Assembly (NCBI GenBank): GCA_963802945.1
Contig: CAWDKY010000030.1
Span: 1-64,000, forward strand
From: an uncultured delta proteobacterium
GTDB taxonomy: Bacteria > Desulfobacterota > RBG-13-43-22
Direction of reading: 5' to 3'
DNA length: 64,000 nt
Shown here: in pieces, positions 40,217 through 49,967 of the stretch
How the letters are laid out: each line of letters starts with the position of its first letter
Position numbering within the stretch: position 1 is the stretch's first letter
Notes under the pieces: model-generated
Database searches by the model: none
What the model saw: only the letters and a program-made list of their open reading frames with translations
Told to the model about the DNA's origin: nothing
Position numbers and translations under genes: made by a program

Positions 40217-40525
40217 ATGAAAAAAGCAGAAGGATTCGTGGTGGGATGTCCGGATTGCGGAAACGATGCTTTATATCGATACGGCCGGATATGGACAGGC
40301 AGGCAACGCTATGTTTGTCTTTTGTGCGGAAGGCAATTCACCCTTGGTTCAACTCGAAAAGAATGGAAGAATAAACCGACTTGTCCTTGCTGTGGAAAGC
40401 AAATGTATTTTTACCATAAGGGAAAGGATGTTATTCGTTTCCGCTGTTCCAACTATCCGGACTGCAAACAATACGTCAAAATCAAAATCGCAACCAAGAA
40501 CGAAAGCCTTTTATTTTCGGAATAG
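40217..40525 (+). CDS. Double zinc-ribbon protein (InsA-like ribbon + topoisomerase-type ribbon)
   Basis: CPDCG...YRYG...QRYVCLLCGRQF and CPCCGKQM...FRCSNYPDCK. Confidence 0.7.
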   Translation: MKKAEGFVVGCPDCGNDALYRYGRIWTGRQRYVCLLCGRQFTLGSTRKEWKNKPTCPCCGKQMYFYHKGKDVIRFRCSNYPDCKQYVKIKIATKNESLLFSE

Positions 40526-41184
40526 GAAATCAAACATTAACAATTTTTCAGAAATGAGGAAGCAAATGAAAAATAAGCGTTTAAAAGTCATTCATCAAAA
40601 GAATAAAAAGATGGTTATTTTTAGGCCCCAGGACTGTTTAAACTACATAAAACCAAACCGGAACTTTTTTCTGAAAGATTCTTTTCATCCTGGAGATCTT
40701 CAGTCGGAATCTAAAGGCAACGATGATGAAATGAGAGAACGATATAGAAGCTAATTTGGAATAATCAATCACTCTTTTAAATTTTTGTTTGAGAATTTCC
40801 CTCGGGGTTCTTTTAATGACGGACCTATGTAGAAAAACAACCCCAATCCTGTAATCAAAAACCTAAAGATCAATGATTCATTCACCCGAATTTTTCAAGT
40901 CGATATTTCTTTTATTCTTTACTAAAAATTATTTCAACTCAGGTATGATAATCAACCAGATCCCCCTCCAGCTTGAGTTTAAGAGTTTCCTCAATCATTT
41001 TTCCTGTTGTCCCGGTACAAATCAGCTTGTGTTTTATTTCAGGAGAGGATAGTGACTAATGAGAAATATTTTTCGTAGGCACGGGAAAAGGGAAACCCCT
41101 GGTAACAAAACAATCTTTCAATTGTCCTGTCGAGACGGTATAATAAAATTTCAACGGGTATAAACTTATTCGGAGGGGAATGAT

Positions 41185-42549
41185 ATGTCTCATTTGTTGA
41201 TCATTGGAGGGAGCGACGCCGGGATAAATGCGGCCCTTCGGGCCCGGGAAATGGATCCTTCAATGGATATCAGCGTTCTGGTTGCCAACAGCTTTCCAAA
41301 TTATAGCATTTGTGGCCTCCCTTTTTATCTTAGCGGTGAGGTGCCGGAATGGTAGACTCTGGCCCATCGAACAATTGAAGAGATTGAAAGGCAGGCAATC
41401 CATCTTCTGCTGGACCACCTGGCCTTAGCTATTGATCCCGAAAATAAAATAGTAACGGCCGAGAACAAAGAGGCCCAAACCCGCTCGTTCAACTATGACA
41501 AGCTGATTATTGCCACTGGCGCAGTCTCGATACGGCCGCCCACCTCCGGGATGGACTTTCCTGGCGTTTTCGCTCTGCGTTGGATGGAGGATGGCTTTTT
41601 TATAGAGAGGTACATGAGTGAGCATCATCCGGAGTCAGTGATTATTCTCGGATCGGGTTATATCGGCCTGGAGATGGCCGATGCCTTGACCCGTAAGGGC
41701 CTGACCGTGACCATGCTGAATCGTTCAGGCCGTATTTTGACCGGCCTGGATACGAAACTGGGTGAGATTATTCGAACGGAGCTTTCAAAACATGGCGTTA
41801 GAATAGTTGACCGAGTTGACATTACCGCTATTGAAAAAAAGAATCAAAAGTTGATAGTAAGAAACAGTCAGGATCTTGCTCTTGAATCCGATATGGTCCT
41901 CGTGGCCACGGGTATTACACCGGAGACTGCCCTGGCCGGAAAGGCCGGAGTGTTAACCGGAATTCACCGGGCCATCCGGGTCAACCGGGCCATGGAAACA
42001 AACATCAAAGATATTTACGCCGCCGGCGACTGCGTAGAAACCTGGCATCGCCTGTTGAATAAATACGCTTATCTTCCTCTGGGAACCACGGCCCACAAAC
42101 AAGGGCGCATTGTCGGCGAAAATGTTGCCGGCGGATCTCAAGAATTTGCCGGGACCCTAGGAACACAGGTTGTCAAAATCTTTGACCTGGTGGTTGCCCG
42201 CACCGGGTTGCTTGATAAAGAAGCTTTAGAGGCGGGCTTTGATCCTCTGACTGTTGAACTGGAGTCCTGGGACCACAAAGTCTATTATCCCGGTTCATCC
42301 CTTTTGCATATTTGTCTAACCGGGGATCGAAAAACAAACCGATTGTTAGGGGCCCAGATGATCGGGTCTTATGGAGCAGAGGTCTCCAAACGCATCGATA
42401 TTTTGGCCACCGCCCTATTCAATGAGATGACCGTTGAATCGCTAAACCATCTTGATCTAAGCTATACCCCTCCACTGAGCAGTCCCTGGGATCCTGTCCA
42501 ACTGATTGCCCAGGCCTGGGCCTTGGAACATAAACACGCCAGGATCTAG
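41185..42549 (+). pseudogene. CoA-disulfide reductase/NADH oxidase-like flavoprotein with one in-frame TAG at 41353
   Basis: SD GGAGG; IIGGSDAG, NYSICGLP, then TGG-TAG-ACT; same frame continues with ATG motif, GSGYIGLE, AAGDC, DLSYTPP. Confidence 0.8.
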
Positions 42550-42571
42550 CGGGCTTTTTCTGCTCGCCCTT

Positions 42572-42610
42572 CAGTGAAGAAACCCGCGGGTCTCGCGGGT
42601 TTCCTCACTG
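42572..42610. terminator. Long hairpin between convergent genes
   Basis: cagtgaagaaacccgcg / cgcgggtttcctcactg. Confidence 0.6.
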
Positions 42611-42700
42611 TACGGCCTTTTGAATGTTATTACTTAATTGCCCGTTCGGATACGTACTATAACGATCGAATCAGACGATCAATAAATCCGTCCTAACAGA

Positions 42701-44434
42701 TTATCTATCCTTGGAGTGTTTAAAACCGGCTATGGCAAAATCACCGTCATAATTGATAACCGCCCAGACAGTTCGTGTATTCAAATCAATCCCGTAGGTG
42801 CCAAGTTCATAGCCGGACTTATACGGGCCGAGTACGAATTTCTTGGTGCCGCCGAAGTTCCTATCTACGGCATTAACCCACCGGTCGTTCTCATCCCTGG
42901 TGACCAGTCTCAAAAGACCCTTTTCGAGTTGTTTCGGGAGCAGTCTGTGGTGATCGTAGCTGAGTGAGAGCGCATACGTGTCGGTCTGTTCGCTGCCCAG
43001 GTCAGCCATGCCCCGTAACTTGAAGATGTTGCTGGCGAGATCAAGATCGGGGTTCCATATGTGGACAGGATATTTCTCGCGCCAACGGTCTACGTCAACC
43101 CAGCCGGTGTTGACGGTCTTCGTGAAGGGGCGCAGCGTGTAGTCCTTCGCCGTGCTGTTGTTGGTGCCGTCGAGGATCTTGGCGGTCGTGCCCTCGAAGC
43201 TGTCCTCCACCGTGGTGTAGGTCGCTGCTTGCGGCACGAGGAATTCCTTGCCGTTGTGGCAATAACCCCAGGTCTCTTTCTTGACAAAATTGAAGGTGGG
43301 AGTGATGTGGCTGCCGGCCGTGCTGCAGGACTGCGGGGTCGTGCCATCGGGGTAGCAGTTGTCGGACGCCAGTTGCCGTGGTCATCGGAGTAGTAATCGA
43401 CGGTCACACAGGGGCCATCGACAGTGTAGATGTAGTAGCCGGGCGTGTACCTTTCCTGGGAGACTGACGTCTCACGGCTTTTCTGGCCGAACCACTTGGC
43501 GTCATTCAGGGCCTTGGGCGTATAGAATTTGCTGCTGTTTGAGGCCGAGATGATCTCTTCAACTTGAGACTTACCATCCGGACTGGTGATGATCGACCGC
43601 TGATGAATATGGTCGTGGCCACTGATGAAGTACTTTACACCATTGTTTTGCAGGCTGGCAAAGAAGGCGTTCTGCCAGTCCGGGTTCGCATTCGTATAGC
43701 CACTAAACATCGTATCCTGGTGATTCTCGGCCATAAGGGGCTGATGTGCAAAGACGAAGGCGTGCTCCGTGCCGCGCGCTGGTCTTATCGAGCCGGTTGC
43801 TGATCCAAGCCTGCTGATCGTTCACCGTATAACCATAGGCGTAACCATCGGCGTTATTGTCGACTTTGCTGGGCGTCGCCCAGTTGTCGATGATGACGAA
43901 ACGGGCTTTGTTTCCAGAGTTACCATAGTCAAACGAGTAGCTCATGCCGGCCAGATCCGAGCTCACCAGGGTGGGACTGCTGAAATCTGAGCCGAGCTTA
44001 AATTGGTGATGGTTGGTTTTGGTGAACGTGCCCGTTTGGGTCTGCGGGTAGTTATGCTGGAAAACCGGGATGCCGTAGTTGTTATTCGTGCCGTAGGTCT
44101 CGTGGTTGCCACGGAAGGGGAAGAAGCCGATACCGGCGTCGATCAACGGTTGGGCGGCGGCGGCGCGGGTAACTTCGGAAATGTCATTGCCGTCGTCCGT
44201 CAGGTCGCCAACCTCGATGACGAATTTCACGCCGGCATTGATAAACTGCTGGTTGATTTGGTTGATGATGGACACGGGTACGGTGTTGGGATTTGCACCA
44301 GCCGGGTCGATCGTGGTCCACTGGGTATCTCCCATCACGCCGAATTTCCAGGGTTCCGCAGATACAGACCCCGCCGCTAAGAGGATCGGTGGCAGCAGGG
44401 CAAACAGTATTTTAGAAAAAAGTCTCTTTTTCAT
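42701..44434 (-). CDS. Secreted calcineurin-like metallophosphoesterase, split over three frames
   Basis: Signal peptide, GDTQW, GDL, RGNHE (43703..44434), SGHDHIH (43090..43734), C-terminal part in 42701..43237. Confidence 0.8.
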
Positions 44435-44608
44435 ATTATTTCCTTTTCAAGGTTTTTAATTGTTGTCTGTATTCCCTTTATTAGGGAGAGTCACTAAGCC
44501 CTACCGTTTCAGCGCGTTAAGTGAGACACTCCATCAGGTATTATTACTCCGGCAAAAAAATACCTAATTTCCCTCTTTTGGGACAAACCGGTCAGGAAAG
44601 TTTAAGAC

Positions 44609-45664
44609 CTAAATGCGATCCTCAATTACATGGACGGAGATGATGGATCCGGTCACCTGGCTCCTTCCGGTAAAAAGGAAGATGATCAGCCATAAAACCT
44701 GAAGAAAAATAAGGAGAGCCGGGTTCCATAACGAATTTAATCCAGCCATGAGGTCCGGGGTAAATGCCCGGGATTCATTAAAATAGAATATTAGAGAGCA
44801 AGCATAAATAATAATGAAAAGACTCATCCATTGGTAGACAGAGATCCGATACCGCCCCCGATAATCTGCCCTGAAAAATTCTGAAACAAAACGCCACAAT
44901 TGGATACAAATCATAATTCCCAGAAAGGCCTGTACCTTATGCCCGTGGAGGAAAACATAGGTGCCTAAAAGGGCTGAACACAGGTAGATTATTGAAGTGA
45001 TGGCTTGGATGGGAATAACCGGCACCCCGTCCAGCCCACTGGCGTAGGCGATTTTTTTAGTTTTCCCGGAAAAAATAAAACTAAACCTCTTGAAAATTCT
45101 TTGAACCACCTGAGAACATTGTGAAAGGGGTTTTCCATAGCAACATCCGAAACTGATACAAGCCAGCCTTCCTGTTCCTTCTCCAAAAGCGTAGCCGATG
45201 GTCAAAACCGCGAGCACGGTCATGACCGGAACATCCGATTCGATCCAGGAACGAAGGATTTGATTGCCGAGCTCAATGACCCAGGGCCCCAGCAGGACGC
45301 CCACAAAGAGTGCTCCTCCCACAGTCGAAGTATGCTTTCTCTTTTCAACTAGGCCGGCGATTACTTTTGAAGCCGGTAGACAGACCAGGGCCACCAGGAT
45401 GGCAATGAACAGAATAACCCTCATGGGAACTCCGACCGCTCCCAAAAGAATAATCGTTATCGTGGTCCCGATACAATAAGAGCAGGCAATCAAAAGACCA
45501 TAATAGGTCAGATTTAATCCTGCCCAGTTATTCTGGTTGGTCTTCTTCCGGGGAACAGAGGCCAGTATCTGCCATTTTTCTCCGGGCAACACCCTGAAGC
45601 CCCAGTATAAAAGGAGGATGTAAAAAAGGGCCAGACCTGACACAAATCCTTCAGCAGATATCAT
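44609..45664 (-). CDS. Lgt-like (prolipoprotein diacylglyceryl transferase family) membrane protein, non-canonical
   Basis: TVGGA, GEGTGRLACISFGCCYG, P.Q, RFVSEFFRAD; multiple TM helices. Confidence 0.75.
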   Translation of the reverse strand: MISAEGFVSGLALFYILLLYWGFRVLPGEKWQILASVPRKKTNQNNWAGLNLTYYGLLIACSYCIGTTITIILLGAVGVPMRVILFIAILVALVCLPASKVIAGLVEKRKHTSTVGGALFVGVLLGPWVIELGNQILRSWIESDVPVMTVLAVLTIGYAFGEGTGRLACISFGCCYGKPLSQCSQVVQRIFKRFSFIFSGKTKKIAYASGLDGVPVIPIQAITSIIYLCSALLGTYVFLHGHKVQAFLGIMICIQLWRFVSEFFRADYRGRYRISVYQWMSLFIIIYACSLIFYFNESRAFTPDLMAGLNSLWNPALLIFLQVLWLIIFLFTGRSQVTGSIISVHVIEDRI

Positions 45665-46700
45665 CGTGCCTTTCCGCGACCATAGGTTCAGCCATTGCCA
45701 CGGCAATGGGGGATCTGACCTGGATCTCTGTTTCAACCAAAGATTGACCGAAACCTTTGGAAAAAAGGCTGGTGGTCTCCTGATTTTTCATATTGGCAAT
45801 CAAATCCCTACAAAAAATAACCCTTCCCTTTTGGAAAATAAGTACGTTAGTGGAGCTACCGGGCCGATAAAGACTTTTTGGCCAGCCTTTTTTTAAAAAC
45901 ATTCCCTTGGTAATTTTGGAAGGCTGATCATACTTTTTTTCACTATAACACTGGACGATATCTCCGATCAATAGCGCCACCACTTCAATCATGGCTACCA
46001 AACCGACCTTTGTTCCGCCTTCCACATCGGTATCGATGATGGTAACCACCCTTTTATTTTTTGAAAAGGGTGTAACCATGGTAATAATGGCCTCAGGATG
46101 GCAGGAATGACAATCTCCCTGGATTTCGAAGAAGTCGAGAACCCTTCCAGCAACGGGGGTGTGGTTATAATGGTATTTTTCCGGGGTTAAACGGAAAACG
46201 GCAAAGTCTCCATCCTTAAAAAGAGTTTGATAAAGAATATTATTGTTTCCTAAAAGTTCTGCAAGACTAAAAAATTTATCCTTCAGGAAAAGCTGGGAGG
46301 TTTCACAGAAAGAGCCCATCAAAACCCTTGAGTCGGAAGGAGAAACAACGATTCGGACTTGTTCGGACATAGGACGGGTTTCCCAATATCTGATCTTTCG
46401 TTCAAATATTTTTCGGGTCGTATTAAGAGATTCAGGGTCGTCCAGGCACTCTGAAAGATCAATATTTAAACCATGGAATAGTTTTTTGGTGCCGGTTATC
46501 CGACCCCCCAGGGTATTATCATATACAAAATGGGCCAAAAAGCCGGACAGTCGGGGGGAAATCAGGGCGTTGAAAAGAATGGGGGCATTTTCCCGCATCC
46601 GGGAATAGACGAATCGAATGGATCGATCTCCGAAAAAAGTCTCAGTCTTGATCCGAAATGTCTCTCTTTCAATATACTGATGCGATGACTTTTTCATCAT
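45651..46700 (-). CDS. Phosphatidylserine decarboxylase-like pyruvoyl enzyme
   Basis: F.RKIR, VSPSDSR, FRLTPEKYH.NH.P, NKR, EV.A..IG.I, PGSST cleavage-type motif. Confidence 0.8.
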   Translation of the reverse strand: MMKKSSHQYIERETFRIKTETFFGDRSIRFVYSRMRENAPILFNALISPRLSGFLAHFVYDNTLGGRITGTKKLFHGLNIDLSECLDDPESLNTTRKIFERKIRYWETRPMSEQVRIVVSPSDSRVLMGSFCETSQLFLKDKFFSLAELLGNNNILYQTLFKDGDFAVFRLTPEKYHYNHTPVAGRVLDFFEIQGDCHSCHPEAIITMVTPFSKNKRVVTIIDTDVEGGTKVGLVAMIEVVALLIGDIVQCYSEKKYDQPSKITKGMFLKKGWPKSLYRPGSSTNVLIFQKGRVIFCRDLIANMKNQETTSLFSKGFGQSLVETEIQVRSPIAVAMAEPMVAERHDDIC

Positions 46701-49107
46701 ATTTTTCGGACTTTCTTTTTTCCAAGGTGTATTGTTTTTTATCGTTATCGATGCTCAACAGAGTCAAATGGATTAGCTGCCGCAGAAATTCTTCCGGAAC
46801 CTTTTCTTCGGTTATTTCGTTGCAGGCGGCTTGAGGGGAGGTTCTCCTTTCCAGAACGTTTATCAAACCCGCATGAAAAAAGGGATCATCACTCACAGCC
46901 CGGGAATCGATTTTCATCAAATCTTCTTCCAATACCGTCAGGGCTTCATAAATATGACGTTTCCTCAAATCCTCCCGGTAAAACTTTTCAGCAGTCTGAT
47001 TAAATTCCCGGGCCGAAAGATTTTTTGGCGTTGAGGCCCTCGTCCCAGATAAAATTCCCCGGGTCAGCTTTCCCGAGACGGACAAGGCCTTCGAATTTTC
47101 AACCCGGGCTTTGAGTTCCCGTAAAATATCTCCAAGCCCCATGAGCTCAATCAGGTCCGCTCCGTCTTTTTCTATGGTCCTTATCAGGGCCTTTCGAAAT
47201 TCGAAATGATACACCCGGACATACCCGGGGTATCGGCGACTTAAGCGGGTCCGGTCGGTCTTCTCCAGAATTTTTGTCATAAATCTGTTAGAGGTATTTT
47301 TTCTGACAAAAAAGGTGGGGATATCAATAGCTGACCCGAAAAAAATTTGTCGTCGTTCACTTTCGATGGTCGGGGTATCGGGTATGGAGGCGTGAGTCAC
47401 CTCACCGGTAAGGATGTACTTATAGGCCAGAGCGGTGATCAGGGTCTGAAGACTTGCGGCCTGGCCCATATCATCCATCAAACTTTCAAAAAGGCTGTAG
47501 TGCCTCCCCTCAAAGCCGGTGAAACCCATTTGTGAAAAAGTCCTCAGCCGGCAGAGAAGATAGAGTGACATGCCGGCATCGAACACACCCAAAGCTGCCA
47601 GATCTTTCTTAAGTCGATCGGCATTACCAAGGGTTCCATCAAGGGCCGGACTTTGGTCGGTGCTCAGCAGGGCTACGGGGTAGTCAATCAATCTAAAGTC
47701 CTGAACAAAATCTCCCTTTAAGGAAAAAACCCGGCTGAAAAGGACATCCAGCCACCTGGGTCCGAAGGGTGTGATCGGCTGGCCCAGTATCTTGAGATCG
47801 GCCTTCTTGGTCCACCTTCGCCAGATCATACGTAAATGGGTATAATCCAGTTCATGGGGTAAAAAACCGAGGGCTTTCTCAGGATGAAAATCCTCAAAAT
47901 CGAGTCGATAGGGTGCTGCGCTATAGATACCCACAAAGAGGGGCAGGAAGTGTTCGATGATTTTTATGGCCAGATCTCCAAGATGCTTTTCATCTGCTTC
48001 TCCAAATCCGGAGTCCGGATCGGCCAGAAGGTCAGTCAATTTGCGACTCCCAAGGCTGATGTGAGTTCCGTTATTGGCCAAACTGATATTCGAGAGATTC
48101 GGCAGTACCACCAGGTTGTTGACGATAATGCCGCTTTCTTTCAGCTTGGGAATGATGTTCAATTGACTGCGTGATAAGACCTGATGGCATAGATTCATAT
48201 ACAAAAACTTGGCTTCCCCCTGAGTCCAACCCGAAAGGCAGGGATTCATGAAGAGTTCCCGATAAAAGGCGTCGGATATCATGTTATTCAGCATTTTCTG
48301 TCGAACCGGGGGGTGCGGTGCAAAATACAAAATCACCCTCTGCCCGTTGGCTGTCAGTTGAAAATGCCTATTGGCATATAGGATCAAAAGTTGGGTTAAA
48401 AGATACCTCTTCAATGTCTCCCGGGCCAGACCCTTTCCCATCCCGGAGGAAACGTTCAATAGGACTGGGGCGAAGGAATAGGTTTCCGGAGAGGTATTAT
48501 CATTAAGAAAATGTTCCATTACCTGTTTCCCGGTCTCCATAACGGAGGAATGGATCCAGGGATCCGCATATAGGGCCTCGAGAAGGGCCAGCTTGAGAAG
48601 ATAACTAACCGGAACCCTCAGCCATTCCTCTCCGTCTTTATTGAAGATGAATTTATCCAGATCGCTTCTTTGAGGACCGTCTGAATTCCTTTTATCAGCC
48701 TGGAGATCCTTCAGAAGGACCTTATAGGTGTGTCTGCTCATCAATTTCCTGGGAAACCGTACCCAACTGTTTTCCCAAATCTGATCCGGATTATCCTGTA
48801 AATATTTTTCAACTTCTTGTAGGGCTTTTTTCGATGTCTCCCCGGCCCGAAATCGTTTGATCATGCTCTGATAATACCCCGATTCCTGAATGGCAATGGC
48901 CAAGTCGACATCGCCTCTCTTTCCAATCACCACCGTCTGAAATTCATTTTCCGAACCGGCCGTGGTGTCGTTTGGGGTGAAAGGAATGGATTGAGCAAAG
49001 GTATCGGATGAAAGACCGTTGATCCCCAGGATGTCCAGGATGGAGGATAAGGACTTGGTAAAGCCCATACGGTTACCTTGGAAATCTTTTCTTAACGGTA
49101 TGGCCAT
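46669..49107 (-). CDS. Large hypothetical protein with glutamate-cysteine ligase/glutamine synthetase-like motifs
   Basis: TAGSENEFQ, NNGTHISLG, GFEGRHYS resemble the G.E.E, G.H and E.R motifs of carboxylate-amine ligases; overlaps the psd start. Confidence 0.6.
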   Translation of the reverse strand: MAIPLRKDFQGNRMGFTKSLSSILDILGINGLSSDTFAQSIPFTPNDTTAGSENEFQTVVIGKRGDVDLAIAIQESGYYQSMIKRFRAGETSKKALQEVEKYLQDNPDQIWENSWVRFPRKLMSRHTYKVLLKDLQADKRNSDGPQRSDLDKFIFNKDGEEWLRVPVSYLLKLALLEALYADPWIHSSVMETGKQVMEHFLNDNTSPETYSFAPVLLNVSSGMGKGLARETLKRYLLTQLLILYANRHFQLTANGQRVILYFAPHPPVRQKMLNNMISDAFYRELFMNPCLSGWTQGEAKFLYMNLCHQVLSRSQLNIIPKLKESGIIVNNLVVLPNLSNISLANNGTHISLGSRKLTDLLADPDSGFGEADEKHLGDLAIKIIEHFLPLFVGIYSAAPYRLDFEDFHPEKALGFLPHELDYTHLRMIWRRWTKKADLKILGQPITPFGPRWLDVLFSRVFSLKGDFVQDFRLIDYPVALLSTDQSPALDGTLGNADRLKKDLAALGVFDAGMSLYLLCRLRTFSQMGFTGFEGRHYSLFESLMDDMGQAASLQTLITALAYKYILTGEVTHASIPDTPTIESERRQIFFGSAIDIPTFFVRKNTSNRFMTKILEKTDRTRLSRRYPGYVRVYHFEFRKALIRTIEKDGADLIELMGLGDILRELKARVENSKALSVSGKLTRGILSGTRASTPKNLSAREFNQTAEKFYREDLRKRHIYEALTVLEEDLMKIDSRAVSDDPFFHAGLINVLERRTSPQAACNEITEEKVPEEFLRQLIHLTLLSIDNDKKQYTLEKRKSEKYDEKVIASVY

Positions 49108-49124
49108 TTTCTCCTTCCAGATAA

Positions 49125-49847
49125 TTATTTTTCCGTTAGACTCCTTAAAAAACCTATCTGCCCGAAAGAAGCCCGGGAGGAAGACCGGGTACCGTCGGAA
49201 TTGGCGGCTAGGCTGATGATCAACCTGTGTTTGGTCTTGATTTCAATTCCCCAGACCTGCTTGAAATCTTCAAGGATATTCCGATACTCCTTATGCCACT
49301 CCCCCAGACCGGCCGATCCGCTGCGCAAGACCATATATTTGATATTGCGGGAAGATAGAGAAGGATAAACCCCAGGCGGAGCGCTGTTATCCCAGACATA
49401 GCCGACCGATTTAAAATTAACCGTTTCCGGAAAATACGGTAGAGTCACATACAACCCTGCCGCTTGATCATCGGTTTCTCTCCGTCGTAGATCACCATGG
49501 GCAGGATGCCGCTCCACCATCCACTCAAAAAATAAAAAGGGATAATGGATAATATCCAGGTCCTTCACCTCCCGCACCAGCATGAAATTACTGCCATCCG
49601 TCGTCAGGGTAATCATCGGCCGCGGGGTTTTCTTGATTTGAAAATCCGCCCGGCCTTTAAATTCCTTGACCTTCCAATCACTAAAATTTTTATCGTAACT
49701 GTCGATCGGGATCCCGGACTGGGAAAAAACTGGGCTAACGATCAGGATTTCAATCCACAAAAACAGCAGGAAAAATTTTTTCCTCAATGAGGACTTCAAT
49801 CCTATCACCGGCAAATTCTTTCCCTCCAGAGGTATGAATTCTTTCAA
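49125..49847 (-). CDS. DUF3047-like exported protein
   Basis: YP.L.FEW.V, DD.AA.LYV, YVWD, LRSG...GEW..E.RNILEDF, SD.T; Pho array at 49921..49949 (AAGTAAC, CCATAAT, TCTTAAC). Confidence 0.7.
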   Translation of the reverse strand: MKEFIPLEGKNLPVIGLKSSLRKKFFLLFLWIEILIVSPVFSQSGIPIDSYDKNFSDWKVKEFKGRADFQIKKTPRPMITLTTDGSNFMLVREVKDLDIIHYPFLFFEWMVERHPAHGDLRRRETDDQAAGLYVTLPYFPETVNFKSVGYVWDNSAPPGVYPSLSSRNIKYMVLRSGSAGLGEWHKEYRNILEDFKQVWGIEIKTKHRLIISLAANSDGTRSSSRASFGQIGFLRSLTEK

Positions 49848-49967
49848 TGTGAGTCCTGAGCTGAAAATCTAACCTTCTCCTTAGATTACTGTTAACCAGA
49901 TTTCAGTTAACAGGATGTTTGTTAAGAACACATTATGGTCAGGTTACTTTTCAGAGATTTTTTATTC

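Larger units (their letters stand above)
39403..40500. repeat. Segmental duplication, copy B
   Basis: Begins with a metK-tail look-alike (ALKIAVGF* versus ALKAAVGF*), then the same intergenic DNA, HMA2 gene and Pho arrays. Confidence 0.85.

Noticed and set aside
40013-40754. IS1 element suggested by the InsA-like zinc ribbon and the overlapping 40266..40754 ORF
   Set aside because: No InsB/DDE motifs in the second ORF, and no terminal inverted repeats or target duplication found.
45651-46700. Assigning gene symbols psd and lgt as housekeeping genes
   Set aside because: Motifs are divergent (PGSST; missing Lgt histidines) and there is no pssA neighbour, so only family-level calls are supportable.
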